Origin: Candidatus Falkowbacteria bacterium
GTDB taxonomy: Bacteria > Patescibacteriota > Patescibacteriia > JAACEG01
Length of the DNA stretch: 64,000 nucleotides
Assembly (NCBI GenBank): GCA_018651725.1
Contig: JABIDK010000001.1
Coordinates: forward strand, 748 to 64,747
Reading direction: 5' to 3'
The notes below the pieces were generated by a model. That model ran no database searches and had not been told where the DNA came from. It saw nothing but the letters and a program-made list of their open reading frames with translations. This document shows, in pieces, positions 37,997 to 48,860 of the stretch. The number at the start of each line of letters is the position of its first letter. Positions within the stretch are counted from its first letter, which is position 1. Position numbers and translations under genes: made by a program.

Positions 37997-40405
37997 CTAT
38001 TTTACCTTCTTTTCTTTCTTTAGTATCTCTATAGTTGTTTTAATAACCGTGTCCGGATTAAGGGAAATACTATCAATTCCGCACTCTACTAAAAATGTGG
38101 CAAAGTCAGGGAAGTCACTTGGGGCTTGACCGCAGATACCGATTTTCTTTTTTTGTTTTTTGGCTTTTTCTATGGCTAATTTAACTAAAGTTTTAACAGC
38201 TAGATTTCTTTCGTCGTAAACATGACTTACTAACGCGCTGTCTCGATCAACTCCCAGAGTTAGTTGGGTTAAGTCATTGGAACCGATTGAAAAGCCGTCA
38301 AAAATTTTAGCGAACTCTTCCAGTAAAATTACATTGGATGGAATTTCAGTCATTACATAAATCTCTAAATCATTTTTACCTTGGCGAAGCCCTTGCTTTT
38401 GCATTATTTGAATTACTTTTTGCCCCTCATCTATTGTTCTACAGAACGGAATCATTATTTTAAGATTTTTTAACCCAAGTTTTTGACGAACTTTTTGAAT
38501 CGCTTTACACTCCATCTCAAAAGCCGGACGATACTCTTTGCTGTAATAGCGTGAAGCTCCGCGCCAGCCAATCATTGGGTTGTCTTCGGTTGGTTCGAAT
38601 AAGTGTCCGCCGATTAAGTTGGCATATTCATTGGATTTAAAGTCGGACAATCTAACGATTACATCTTTTGGATAAAAAGCAGCTGTAATTATCGCTACAC
38701 CTTCGGCTAGCTTATCGATAAAAAATTGTTTTTTATCTTTGTAGCCTTTGGTTATCTCTTCTATTTTTTCAATATCGTCTTTTGTTAAGCGTTTTGCTTT
38801 TTTAAGTTTATCAAAATTTATCAAAGCCAAAGGATGAATTTTAATGTAACTGTTTATAATAAACTCTTCTCTTGCTAGACCCACTCCATCGTTTGGAATA
38901 AAGGATTCGGCAAAAGCGTTTTCCGGTGAACCAATGTTCATCATTATTTTTGTCTTTGGGCGTTTTAGATTTTTTATGTTATGACGAATAATTTTATGTT
39001 TTAAAAGTCCTTCATAAACATACCCCTTTTCACCCTCAGCGCAAGATACGGTTATTGGTTTTTTGTTTTTTAACTTTTTTGTAGCATCTCCGGACCCAAC
39101 GATACACGGCACCCCAAGCTCACGCGATACAATTGCAGCGTGACAGGTGCGACCGCCTTTGTCTGTAACGATTGCTCCGGCGATTTTCATTATCGGCACC
39201 CAGTCCGGATCGGTCATGTCGGTTACTAAAATCTGTCCTTTTTTGAATTTTTTAATGTCAGCTATATCTTTGATGACATTAATTTGTCCGGCTCCAATTT
39301 TAGATCCAACTGAAGCACCAACAACCATTGGTTTTTTGCGTTCCAGTAATTTATATTCTTCCAAAACATTTGGATTTTTCTGTGAGTGAACTGTTTCCGG
39401 TCGCGCTTGAACAATATATAGCTTATTGTTTCGCCCGTCTTTTGCCCACTCCATATCCATTGGTTTATTATAGTGTTTTTCAATGGTCATTGCCCAGTTA
39501 GCCAAAGTTAAAATCTCTAAATCGCTAATGCTGAATTTTTCACGATCGCGTTCAGATACTTTAATATCTTTAACCGGGTTTTTAGAGTTGTGAGTATAAA
39601 CCATTTTAACTGATTTAGTACCGATTTTTCTTGATAAAATTGCCGGAAAATTCTTTTTTAAAAGTGGTTTAAAAACATAAAATTCATCCGGTGTTACTTT
39701 TCCCTGAACAATATTTTCACCCAAACCGTAAATAGAGTTAATTAAAACCGTATCTTTAAAGCCTGATTCAGTGTCGATTGAGAACATTACTCCGGACGAA
39801 GCTAAGTCTGAGCGAACCATTTTTTGGACACCAATTGAAAGTCCGATTTCAAAGTGGTCGAATTTCTTAGTTTCCCGATAAACAATTGCTCGATTAGTAA
39901 AAAGTGAAGCAAAGCATTTCTTACAGGCTCTTAGTAAGTCTTTCTCTCCGCGAATATTTAAAAAAGTTTCCTGCTGTCCGGCAAAAGAAGCATCCGGCAA
40001 ATCTTCAGCTGTAGCCGAGGACCTAACTGCCACATCTGTTCCGCGTCCGCTTTCTTTATTTAAAGCGTTTAATTTTTTATAGGCTTTTATAATTTCTTTT
40101 TCTAGCTCTTCTGGCAAGGATGATCCCAAAATAAGTTTCCGAACTTTATTTCCGCGATAGTAAAGATTGTCGATGTTAGTTGCATCAAGTCCGCGTAAAA
40201 TAACTTTAATTTGATCTTTAATTCCGGCTTGCTCTAAAAAATAATGATAAGCTTGCGCAGTAACAGCAAACCCGTTAGGTACATTAACGCCTTTCTTAGT
40301 AAGTTGACTATACATCTCTCCCAAGGAGGCATTCTTCCCGCCTACTTTAGGAACATCTTTAATTCTAAGATCCTTAAACCAAAGTACAAAAGGTTGTTTT
40401 TTCAT
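37997..40405 (-). CDS. ppsA: Phosphoenolpyruvate synthase
   Basis: VGGKNASLGEM; VRSSATAEDLPDASFAGQQ; GGRTCHAAIVSRE; GICGQAPSD. Confidence 0.98.
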   Translation of the reverse strand: MKKQPFVLWFKDLRIKDVPKVGGKNASLGEMYSQLTKKGVNVPNGFAVTAQAYHYFLEQAGIKDQIKVILRGLDATNIDNLYYRGNKVRKLILGSSLPEELEKEIIKAYKKLNALNKESGRGTDVAVRSSATAEDLPDASFAGQQETFLNIRGEKDLLRACKKCFASLFTNRAIVYRETKKFDHFEIGLSIGVQKMVRSDLASSGVMFSIDTESGFKDTVLINSIYGLGENIVQGKVTPDEFYVFKPLLKKNFPAILSRKIGTKSVKMVYTHNSKNPVKDIKVSERDREKFSISDLEILTLANWAMTIEKHYNKPMDMEWAKDGRNNKLYIVQARPETVHSQKNPNVLEEYKLLERKKPMVVGASVGSKIGAGQINVIKDIADIKKFKKGQILVTDMTDPDWVPIMKIAGAIVTDKGGRTCHAAIVSRELGVPCIVGSGDATKKLKNKKPITVSCAEGEKGYVYEGLLKHKIIRHNIKNLKRPKTKIMMNIGSPENAFAESFIPNDGVGLAREEFIINSYIKIHPLALINFDKLKKAKRLTKDDIEKIEEITKGYKDKKQFFIDKLAEGVAIITAAFYPKDVIVRLSDFKSNEYANLIGGHLFEPTEDNPMIGWRGASRYYSKEYRPAFEMECKAIQKVRQKLGLKNLKIMIPFCRTIDEGQKVIQIMQKQGLRQGKNDLEIYVMTEIPSNVILLEEFAKIFDGFSIGSNDLTQLTLGVDRDSALVSHVYDERNLAVKTLVKLAIEKAKKQKKKIGICGQAPSDFPDFATFLVECGIDSISLNPDTVIKTTIEILKKEKKVK

Positions 40406-40438
40406 AAAAATAAAATAATAAGTTAAATTTCTTTTTTA

Positions 40439-41755
40439 TTATTTTACCACAGTATTTATTTTTTGAGAAATTTTGATAAATAACCCTAAAATTAAAAACA
40501 GCAACAGTAAACCAAAGTGACTACTCCAGAGCCAGTGGTCGAAGAACATTATTATAAGAAGAGAACAGGTGGCTATAAAAAAGATATTGTTTTTAAGATT
40601 TCTTTTTCGTAATAACATTATTATAAAGCTTAAAAATAAAATAAGTCCGATTATGCCGAGCTCAGTTAAAATTAAAAGATAAGTATTATGAACCGGCTGG
40701 AAGTACCAGGCCGGCATATCTTTTTTTAGTTTGTTGTAGTTGGCGATTGTGTAGTTTCCGACACCAAACCCTTTTATTTGATTGTCTTTAATTAAATTTT
40801 TGGCTTGAGTTGTATAGTCTATTCGCTCTTCAATAGATTGAATTTCCAAGCGGTTGTTTATTGTAAAGCGTGGTAGAAAAATTTCTTTAAAATTAAAGAT
40901 AAAAAAAGAAGTGATTATTAGGAAAAGAAAAAGAATTTTGGATAAAGCCTGTATATTTTTTCTAAAATTAAATATTATAAAAAATATAAAACCCATTCCA
41001 AAGACTAGCCAGGCACTACGTGAAAAGGTAGTTAGTAAACCGGAAAATAAAATAATTAAAGAGACAAGCAAAAAGAGACGAGTGTACAAGTCTTTTTTGT
41101 TTTGCTCCTCTTTTTTATTAACTTTTAAATACAGGTTGATTGCAAAAAATAAAGCAATCACTAGATAACCACCTAAAATATTTGGATGAGCTTGCCCGCC
41201 GTAAGATCTAAGCCAGCGCCTTTCTTCTGTTTGGATTACAGATACGCCCAGCTCCAGTGGATTATGCGCGCTAATGCCCAGATATTTATTAGCAGGTATA
41301 TCTTGATTAAAAAATTGCCATAGTCCGAAGCCGCTTTGTAAAGTAGCTGATAAAATAAAGACAAGAAGAAGTTTTTTCCAGTTGAACTTTATATTTAAAA
41401 CTACAAAAAATAACGCAACAGCAGAGGTAATTTTAATCACTGAATATAGAGCCAGCTGTTTATCCAGAGACCAGATAATTGAGAGGAGAGACCACGCGAT
41501 TAAGAGTATCGAGATTTTTGTGATGTTTGGGACTTTTGGGATACGATATTTAAAGATACGAATTTTGGTAAGTATAAACAATCCAAAAAGCAAGATTAAA
41601 ATTAAATCACTCAAGTAAAAACAAATCGTGCCGTACTCCCATTTAGCGTTATTAATAAAAAGCTCCCGCGTAATATAGCAAGTTTGTAGCGGAAATAAAA
41701 AAACGAATAAATATAATAAGTATTCAATTATTTTGTTTAAGTTTAACTTAGACAT
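40439..41755 (-). CDS. O-antigen ligase/Wzy-like membrane protein
   Basis: HPNILGG; TFSRSAW; PVHNTYL. Confidence 0.85.
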   Translation of the reverse strand: MSKLNLNKIIEYLLYLFVFLFPLQTCYITRELFINNAKWEYGTICFYLSDLILILLFGLFILTKIRIFKYRIPKVPNITKISILLIAWSLLSIIWSLDKQLALYSVIKITSAVALFFVVLNIKFNWKKLLLVFILSATLQSGFGLWQFFNQDIPANKYLGISAHNPLELGVSVIQTEERRWLRSYGGQAHPNILGGYLVIALFFAINLYLKVNKKEEQNKKDLYTRLFLLVSLIILFSGLLTTFSRSAWLVFGMGFIFFIIFNFRKNIQALSKILFLFLIITSFFIFNFKEIFLPRFTINNRLEIQSIEERIDYTTQAKNLIKDNQIKGFGVGNYTIANYNKLKKDMPAWYFQPVHNTYLLILTELGIIGLILFLSFIIMLLRKRNLKNNIFFIATCSLLIIMFFDHWLWSSHFGLLLLFLILGLFIKISQKINTVVK

Positions 41756-41762
41756 AGGCCTA

Positions 41763-42650
41763 TTAATAAACTCGGTTTATTAGCGAAAGAAATTTATTGT
41801 AATAATGTTTCCGTTTGTCTTTGTCGTGGAATTTTAGCATCTTATCGTTTATTATTATATTTGTGTTTTTGTTGGCTTGTTCTTTTAGATGTTTTGGCAT
41901 TTTTTTAAGTTGGATTTTTTTGGCTAGCTTTTCAAATCTAGAAACAAGGCGACATTGTTTTTTTGACGCGGTTTTGGTGTTTGTAAAAGCAATATTTTTA
42001 AAAACATTTGGCAGATATTTTTTAAGCCACTCATTTTCTTTAATAAATTTTTCGTAAGTTTGATTTTTGTTATAAAGCACAACAAGACTTGCTAACCAGT
42101 AGTGAAAATAAATATCGTTTTTATGTAAGGCGATATTTTGAAAGTTTAAATTGTCTTCGCTGGTGTAAAATGTTAAGCAAATTTTGTTTTTTTGATTTTT
42201 AGGAGTTGGGCGCCCGCCAAATAAATATGATAGTAAAATAGTTATAAAACGAGTTAGCCAAATACGATTTTTCTTGGTAACAATAAAAAAATCAAGATCA
42301 CTTTTTGATCTTGTATTTTTTTGAGGCATAAAATTACCTATTGCAACCACTTGCACAAATGGAATTAATCCAAAAACCTTGACAACTCTTTTTGTTTTTT
42401 TATATTTATTTAAACTTTCTTTTTCCCGTTTTTTGCGAGTATTAATAATCTCTTCACGATTGGATAAAAAATAAAAATCTTCTTTGTGATTTATATTTCC
42501 ATGATCTAAAAATTTTTTGACATCATCCAGGGAGTAATCTTGTTGCGGAAAATATAAAAATTTCCAAATTTCTTCTTTGGTTAATGGATAATCAAACATA
42601 TCAAAAAAGACAATGGTAGATAAGATAGATTTTTTTAAGTCGTTTTCCAT
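41763..42650 (-). CDS. Nucleotidyltransferase-domain hypothetical protein
   Basis: FDMFDYPLT; SDLDFFIVT. Confidence 0.75.
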   Translation of the reverse strand: MENDLKKSILSTIVFFDMFDYPLTKEEIWKFLYFPQQDYSLDDVKKFLDHGNINHKEDFYFLSNREEIINTRKKREKESLNKYKKTKRVVKVFGLIPFVQVVAIGNFMPQKNTRSKSDLDFFIVTKKNRIWLTRFITILLSYLFGGRPTPKNQKNKICLTFYTSEDNLNFQNIALHKNDIYFHYWLASLVVLYNKNQTYEKFIKENEWLKKYLPNVFKNIAFTNTKTASKKQCRLVSRFEKLAKKIQLKKMPKHLKEQANKNTNIIINDKMLKFHDKDKRKHYYNKFLSLINRVY

Positions 42651-42722
42651 GGTTTTATAATACCAAAAAAATACAATTTAAAAAGGGCAGAGCTGTTTTG
42701 CTCTGCCCCGGAGATGGAAAAA

Positions 42723-42884
42723 TTAATAATGGCACGGAGGAATTCCTCCGTTTAGGTCGGCTTCGGTAAGGAGGCCGTGCTTTAGTTTGAATTCTTCCTC
42801 AGACAATTGCTCGTCTGACTTCTTCTGCAATTTTTTTGCTTCTTTTTCTAACTTCTCATAGTCATGTTTGATTTGTTCGCTCAT
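42723..42884 (-). CDS. Hypothetical small protein
   Basis: SD AAGGAG before the ATG at 42884; terminator downstream. Confidence 0.55.
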   Translation of the reverse strand: MSEQIKHDYEKLEKEAKKLQKKSDEQLSEEEFKLKHGLLTEADLNGGIPPCHY

Positions 42885-43068
42885 AATTTTTCTCCTTTTC
42901 GGTTGGTGAAACAAATTCTCCTTTTTCATTTTTTATGTAACCATACATAGCGGCTAGCTCCGGGTCTTGCGGTATTTGCCTTGTGCATGGCAACGCCCCT
43001 GTGTCGGTATTAGTATGGCTGAAAGGGCTTTTTTCTTTAAGTTTTTTATTATCAAATCCAAATCCCAT
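42862..43068 (-). CDS. Hypothetical small protein
   Basis: SD AAGGAG; promoter TTGATT-17 bp-TATAAT. Confidence 0.6.
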   Translation of the reverse strand: MGFGFDNKKLKEKSPFSHTNTDTGALPCTRQIPQDPELAAMYGYIKNEKGEFVSPTEKEKNYERTNQT

Positions 43069-43139
43069 TTTATTATCTCCTTTTTTGAGGGTTCGTAAAA
43101 TTATATTATTATATTCTAAACAAATTAAAAAATCAATAG

Positions 43140-44186
43140 TTACTCTGTTTTTGGTCTGTCTACCTCTAAAGGCTCGATACTTGGTGTTTTGCCCGAAATT
43201 TTAACTACATCTTTGTCTACTTTTTTAAGTTCTTTGTAAGCGTGATTATAGTGATTGACTGTTGTCCCGAGGGAGGCGCCTATTTTTTTGAAGTAATCTT
43301 CATAGCTGTTAATGTGTCTGCCGAGCATCTCTACCCTTTTTCTGATTTCTTTGGCTGATTCTTCTATTTGAAGGGCGTTTAATCCTTGGACAACCATTTG
43401 CAAGTAAGCGTAAAATGATGTTGGTGAAGTTATGATAACATGTTTATCTGTGAAAGCGTATTCAATTAAATCTCGAGTATTTACTTTAACCGCGCCAACT
43501 TGGTTAACCAGTAAATCGTAGTAAATTCCCTCGGCTGGAATAAACATAAAAGCAAAGTCCATTGTTCCTTTTTCCGGTTTAATATATTTAGCTGTTTCAT
43601 CGATTCTTTTTTTAAGATCCAGCTTAAATTCCTTTTCAAATTTTTCTCTTTGAATAGGGTCTTTTTCAGAGACAATGCGATTATAGTTTTCCAATGAGAA
43701 TTTAGAGTCTACAGGAATAATTTTGTCTTTTACAAAAACAGCCGCATCCACAATATCGCCATCACCAAAGGCGTACTGCATCTTATAGGTTGATGGTGGT
43801 AGGACATTTTTTAAAATTAGCTCCAGTTGATATTCGCCTAAAATTCCGCGGTGTTTAGGGTTTTTTAAAATGTCTTCCAGGTTTTGCAAAGGAGTCTTTA
43901 AGTCTAAAACTTGTTTAGAGGTGCTGTCCAGTTGAGTTAACTTTTCTGTAATATTAGTAATTATTTTAGTGCTTTCGGAAAATTGATTTTGCATTAAACG
44001 AGAAGATTCTCCCAGTCTAGTGTCTAAAGTTTTAGTAATTTCATTGATTTGATTTTGTAAAAGAATTAAACCTTTGTCGTCCTTTTGTTTGTCGGTTGCT
44101 TCACTGAATTTTTTATTTAAAAAATATAAAATAATACCGAATCCAGCTAAAACTATTAAAATAATAACAATTTGAAATATGTTCAT
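43140..44186 (-). CDS. rmuC: DNA recombination protein RmuC
   Basis: RGILGEYQL; DSKFSL; FAFMFIPAEG; SPTSF. Confidence 0.93.
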   Translation of the reverse strand: MNIFQIVIILIVLAGFGIILYFLNKKFSEATDKQKDDKGLILLQNQINEITKTLDTRLGESSRLMQNQFSESTKIITNITEKLTQLDSTSKQVLDLKTPLQNLEDILKNPKHRGILGEYQLELILKNVLPPSTYKMQYAFGDGDIVDAAVFVKDKIIPVDSKFSLENYNRIVSEKDPIQREKFEKEFKLDLKKRIDETAKYIKPEKGTMDFAFMFIPAEGIYYDLLVNQVGAVKVNTRDLIEYAFTDKHVIITSPTSFYAYLQMVVQGLNALQIEESAKEIRKRVEMLGRHINSYEDYFKKIGASLGTTVNHYNHAYKELKKVDKDVVKISGKTPSIEPLEVDRPKTE

Positions 44187-44196
44187 AAAAAGTAAA

Positions 44197-44234
44197 TTAT
44201 CAGCCAGGGGGCTGATCAGCCCCCTGGCTGATAA
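44197..44234. repeat. Perfect 38-bp GC-rich palindrome
   Basis: TTATCAGCCAGGGGGCTGATCAGCCCCCTGGCTGATAA. Confidence 0.9.
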
Positions 44235-44426
44235 GATTAAGTTTAAGTAATTTTAAGGTTATAATAGCACAGAGCTTTGTTTAAAAGCAAATATTGACAT
44301 TTAGACTCTAAAATAGTATTCTTCTAGTATTAGTAAGATTGTTGATAAGACGAAAGATGGATATTTTGCTTTGATTTTTAATTTATTTTTATTAGCATTT
44401 CAATAAAAAAAATAACCATTAAGATA

Positions 44427-45758
44427 TTGTTGTTGTTTATAAAATTTTTCTTAAAGCTTAAAAAAGTTTTAGGAATGGTTTTTGTTTTGGCTTTGTATAA
44501 GCCATTTTTTTATTTATTTAAGTTTTTTTATAAATACGGAGGGAAGTTTTTTATTTTAAAGGCTTATAAGCCATATAGAATAGTAAAGAAATATTTTCAA
44601 GAACATTTTTTTTCTGTTAAGAATAAATTTCTGCATATTTTCGGAAGCCGTTATCTTGTTCACACGATAATTATCTTTATAGCTATCTTCGTGACTACCT
44701 CTAATATTAAAGCATACGAGAAAAAAGGTTCATTAATTAAGTTTGACAATAAAATGTTGGTTGGCCAGCTGATCAAGGCGGGAGAATTTGAAGGTGCTGA
44801 AGAGTTGATAGAAGAAAACATAGATATAGGCACTATTAGCGCTAAAAAAAGAAATTATTTTTACGTTGAAGAAACAAAAAGTAGTCTTGTCTACAGTCCA
44901 CAGCTTGATATTGATGAAAGTGTAGAAGCTCTTGGTATTGTTGTGAGAGGTAACGGAGATACTTTAAGATCCACGATAATAGACACAAGTGAAACTCCTA
45001 AGACAAGGACAGAGGTTGAGTATTATATAGTTCAGAGCGGGGATACAGTCTCCGCTATTGCCAAAAAATATAACGTGACTAGCAACACCATTATTTGGGA
45101 AAATAAACTTAATAAGTATGGTTTTATTAATTTAGGACAAAAATTAACAATCCTGCCTACTACCGGAGTTGTTTATAAGGTTAAAAAGTACGATACAATC
45201 AGTAAAATCGCTAATAACTACAACGTTGAAGAATCAGAGATAATGGAAACAAATAAAATAGCTAGCGCTTCTTCTTTGCAAATTGGACAGAGTTTGATTA
45301 TTCCGGGAGGACGAAAAGCTTATGTCGCGCCTAAAGTAACAACCGCTAAGGTCGCCAGGAGTACTAAAACAACTACCTATAAAGCCAGTATCACAAGCTC
45401 TGATAAATTTTTATGGCCGGCTAGCTGTCGTACGATTACTCAATATTATCATTGGCGTCATCACGGCGTTGATATCGCTTGTAAACATGGTACTCCGATT
45501 TATGCTGTAGAGGACGGTACTGTGAGTGCTTCAGGTTGGTCAACCGGTTATGGAAAACGAATAATAATAAACCACGGAAACGGTACCAAAACTCTATATG
45601 CTCACTTTACCAAGCTTTACGTTCGAGCCGGACAAGCAGTAAATCGCGGAGATGCAATCGGTGCCATGGGTTCAACTGGTTGGTCAACCGGATCACATCT
45701 GCACTTTGAAGTTAGAAAAGCAGGCTCCAAGAAAAATCCGTTGAGTTATATAAGGTAG
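44427..45758 (+). CDS. LysM-domain M23 peptidase
   Basis: Two LysM repeats; HHGVD, YAH and STGSHLHFE motifs. Confidence 0.93.
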   Translation: MLLFIKFFLKLKKVLGMVFVLALYKPFFYLFKFFYKYGGKFFILKAYKPYRIVKKYFQEHFFSVKNKFLHIFGSRYLVHTIIIFIAIFVTTSNIKAYEKKGSLIKFDNKMLVGQLIKAGEFEGAEELIEENIDIGTISAKKRNYFYVEETKSSLVYSPQLDIDESVEALGIVVRGNGDTLRSTIIDTSETPKTRTEVEYYIVQSGDTVSAIAKKYNVTSNTIIWENKLNKYGFINLGQKLTILPTTGVVYKVKKYDTISKIANNYNVEESEIMETNKIASASSLQIGQSLIIPGGRKAYVAPKVTTAKVARSTKTTTYKASITSSDKFLWPASCRTITQYYHWRHHGVDIACKHGTPIYAVEDGTVSASGWSTGYGKRIIINHGNGTKTLYAHFTKLYVRAGQAVNRGDAIGAMGSTGWSTGSHLHFEVRKAGSKKNPLSYIR

Positions 45759-45871
45759 TTATTAGATCTGTTACGATAGCGGGTCTAACTCTTGATTTTT
45801 TATAAGAAGTATGTATAATAGACAATAAGTCTAATAAAAACAAAAAAGAAACCAACAAAAGGAGGGGTAAA

Positions 45872-46093
45872 ATGAGGGTTTTAACAGGAGAAAGACCGTG
45901 TAAAAGGTGTGATTTTGACGATGGACTGGGGTTAACTTGCCCTGACTGTGGAGAGGAATTTTGCTCCGCATGTTTTGTCCCTAACTACGAGGATCCTGAG
46001 GGGAGGATATATTGTCCAAGATGCGAGGCATTAATCATCACTACTCCGGCAACCCTATTCAAAACAGTTATTTCAAGGATTCCCGTACTTTAA
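45872..46093 (+). CDS. Small zinc-finger protein
   Basis: SD AAGGAGG; four CxxC pairs; promoter TTGATT-16 bp-TATAAT. Confidence 0.7.
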   Translation: MRVLTGERPCKRCDFDDGLGLTCPDCGEEFCSACFVPNYEDPEGRIYCPRCEALIITTPATLFKTVISRIPVL

Positions 46094-46159
46094 TTTTTTG
46101 CCCGCATTAGGTGGGTTAAATCTCTCTATCTGAGGTCGATAAAACGACCTCTTTTTTTT

Positions 46160-46620
46160 GGAAAATATTATTAGGTACCTAAGTTAAGGGATTTTAAGAG
46201 ATATTTTGGTAAAATTACAGTGAATTTACTGTGGAGAACTATTAAATATCGCAAAAGCAGATAACTTTATTAGTTATATACGAACTTATTAACTTCTTGC
46301 TTTATTATAGCCAGATATAGCCTTTAAAATTCTATTCAAGAAATAGCAAGTCGCATAAACATTGGATTTTAAGGTGGATATACCTGTGGATAACTTGGGG
46401 AAAACATGTGGAATAAATAGATAGCCATATAAACCTTCTAGCATTTTAGCGTGTAAACAAGCTAAAAAACAGTGTTTTTGTAGGATGTTTATATTGTTTC
46501 ACGTGAAACATAGTAAGATTAAAAGATTAACAAATGTTTCACGTGAAACATTGTGGAATTGATAAAAATTTGTTATTATATGCTTAAAAGCTTATTAAAC
46601 ATAGCTTTAAAGGGATTTTT
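46160..46620. other. Candidate replication origin (DnaA-box cluster)
   Basis: Perfect TGTGGATAA at 46385-46393; variants at 46230, 46374, 46396 and 46407; adjacent to parS sites. Confidence 0.55.
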
Positions 46621-47016
46621 ATGAACTTAAAACTTAAAAAAACAATTATTGAACTTATATTTTGGTCTCATTTAGTGATAGTTTTTATTTGGTTTGGGTT
46701 ATTTTTTGTGCCAAATTCTCTATGGAGCAATAAAACAGCTTTTCATTTTTGGTTTATCGTTGATATTACAACTATCCAATTTTTTTGGGGGCTTATATTG
46801 TATAAATATACAAAAAAAGTAAATATAATTTGTCCGATGACTACTTTAATGCAAAAATTAAGAGGTTTTCCCCTAAAAACAAAGGAGAATTTCGCTCATT
46901 CTTTTATAGTGGAGTGCTTAGGAAGGTTAAATGTTAAGGTTAGCTATAAAACTATTAATTTACTTTTATTAATTACTGTTGTTTTGGTATCGATTCAGTA
47001 TTATTTGTTAGACTAA
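46621..47016 (+). CDS. Membrane protein (DUF2784-like)
   Basis: H-containing TM segment; ICPMTTLMQKLR motif. Confidence 0.7.
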   Translation: MNLKLKKTIIELIFWSHLVIVFIWFGLFFVPNSLWSNKTAFHFWFIVDITTIQFFWGLILYKYTKKVNIICPMTTLMQKLRGFPLKTKENFAHSFIVECLGRLNVKVSYKTINLLLLITVVLVSIQYYLLD

Positions 47017-47052
47017 CAATGTTTCACGTGAAACATTAATCAAAAAAATATA

Positions 47053-47095
47053 ACAAGGTGAATTCCGAAGGAAGAGAAAGTGGTCTGGGCCAAAA
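47053..47095 (+). repeat. 43-bp dispersed element with GAA mini-hairpin
   Basis: 37/43 identical to the reverse complement of 56753-56795. Confidence 0.8.
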
Positions 47096-47233
47096 CACGA
47101 CAACATAACGATGTGATGTAATGATAATGTTTCACGTGAAACATTGTATTAAAAAAACCGCACAAATATGCGGTTTTTTGATTTTGTTTAGGCTAGAGGT
47201 CGTATGTTTTCTTACTTTTTTATTTTTTTGATA

Positions 47234-48733
47234 CTATTTAACCCAGTGTTTTTCTTTTATTTCTTTGTCTTCTTCCTCTTTTTTTTCTTTTATTTTGCCT
47301 TTAGCTTGTTTTCTTAGATCCTTTAAGTCCATTTTATCAAGTTCTTTGGCTCGTTTTTTCAAGTATGTTTTAGTATTATTTTTGGGATTTTCTATTACTT
47401 CGGCTAATAAACAATCTAAAATTGCTCCAAATTTGGGACTAGGAGACATTTTCAGGTCTTTTATCAATGTTTCACCACTCACCTTAAGACTTTTTACGGA
47501 AATTGGATCTTTGCTGACTTTATCGATTAAATACTCTAAATGGCGTAATTTGTAGGGTTTTGCCTTTGGGACACCAGACCCAAGCCTGTCTGAAATGCGT
47601 AAATCCATTAAATCTTTCATATTCTCTTTACCTACTTTTTTTACCAGTCTCCTGATTCCGGCATCTGAAACATCACCAACATTATAGTAAAACATGTGGT
47701 TTTTAATCAAATGAGTTACTTTTTCAACGTCTTGGCTGGAAAAAGCCATTCTTTTCATTATTTTTTTAGCTATTTTAGCGCCAACGATGTCGTGGTTGTA
47801 GAAAGTAGCATCAATTCCTTGTCCGCGTTTGGTTTGCGGTTTGGCAATATCATGAAATAAAGCTGCCAATCTAACGCGGTAGTCCTTGCTTGGACAGTGT
47901 TTTAGTGACATTATTAAATGTTTAAAGATAGTATAGGTATGATGCTTGTTTTGATTCATTCCTACACCAAGCTCTAATTCTGGGATAATATATTGCAAAA
48001 GCTTAGCGTTTCGTAGCAAAAGTATACCTTCTTCAGGAGTTTCTGACTGTAAAATCTTAATAAACTCATCGTGAATTCGTTCGTTGGCTATTTTTTTGAT
48101 TAATTTAGCGTTATTTCTGATAGCTTTTAAGGTTTTCGGCTCTATTTTCCAACCTAAAACAACCGCAAATCTAATCGCACGCATCATTCTAAGCGCATCT
48201 TCATTAAAACGCTCGTTCGGATCACCAACCGCCCTAATTAACTTGTTTTTAAGGTCTTTTTGACCGTTAAACAGATCTGTAACTTGATAGTTGTTATCTG
48301 TTGTTTGGTTTTTTGTGTTTTTTGATTGCGCCCGATGTTTCACGTGAAACATTGCCAGTGCATTTACTGTAAAATCTCGTCTTTCTAGGTCTTCTTTTAG
48401 GGTTTTAGCAAATTTTACGCTATCTGGTCGTCTTTTGTCGCTATATTTTGACTCGATTCTGTAGGTTGTTATCTCTACTATATCTATTGTTTCGTCATTA
48501 TTGTTTTTGATTTTTATGCCTACAGTCCCAAATTTATTCTCATAAACAGTTTCAGGGAATATTTTTTGTATTTCTTTTGGTCTGGCGTTTGTAGTGATAT
48601 CCCAATCCTTTGGTTTATTATTTATCAATAAATCACGAACGCAACCACCAACAAGATAAGCCTCAAAATTGGCCTTTTCTAGTGTTTTTAGTGTATTTTG
48701 TACGTATTTTGGGATTTTCATAGTCATAGTCAT
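47234..48733 (-). CDS. cca: CCA tRNA nucleotidyltransferase with HD domain
   Basis: VGGCVRD, KDWDITT, RRDFTVNA, EDALRMMRA, FHDIAK. Confidence 0.92.
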   Translation of the reverse strand: MTMTMKIPKYVQNTLKTLEKANFEAYLVGGCVRDLLINNKPKDWDITTNARPKEIQKIFPETVYENKFGTVGIKIKNNNDETIDIVEITTYRIESKYSDKRRPDSVKFAKTLKEDLERRDFTVNALAMFHVKHRAQSKNTKNQTTDNNYQVTDLFNGQKDLKNKLIRAVGDPNERFNEDALRMMRAIRFAVVLGWKIEPKTLKAIRNNAKLIKKIANERIHDEFIKILQSETPEEGILLLRNAKLLQYIIPELELGVGMNQNKHHTYTIFKHLIMSLKHCPSKDYRVRLAALFHDIAKPQTKRGQGIDATFYNHDIVGAKIAKKIMKRMAFSSQDVEKVTHLIKNHMFYYNVGDVSDAGIRRLVKKVGKENMKDLMDLRISDRLGSGVPKAKPYKLRHLEYLIDKVSKDPISVKSLKVSGETLIKDLKMSPSPKFGAILDCLLAEVIENPKNNTKTYLKKRAKELDKMDLKDLRKQAKGKIKEKKEEEDKEIKEKHWVK

Positions 48734-48860
48734 TTAAGCATATAATCATTTAAACATTTAAGCAAGTTGTTTTGCAATGTTTCACGTGAAACATTATAAA
48801 ATACTTTTAGGAAGCGGGGAAACTTAGTGTTTCCCCGAGATTGGAAGCATAAAAGTACGA

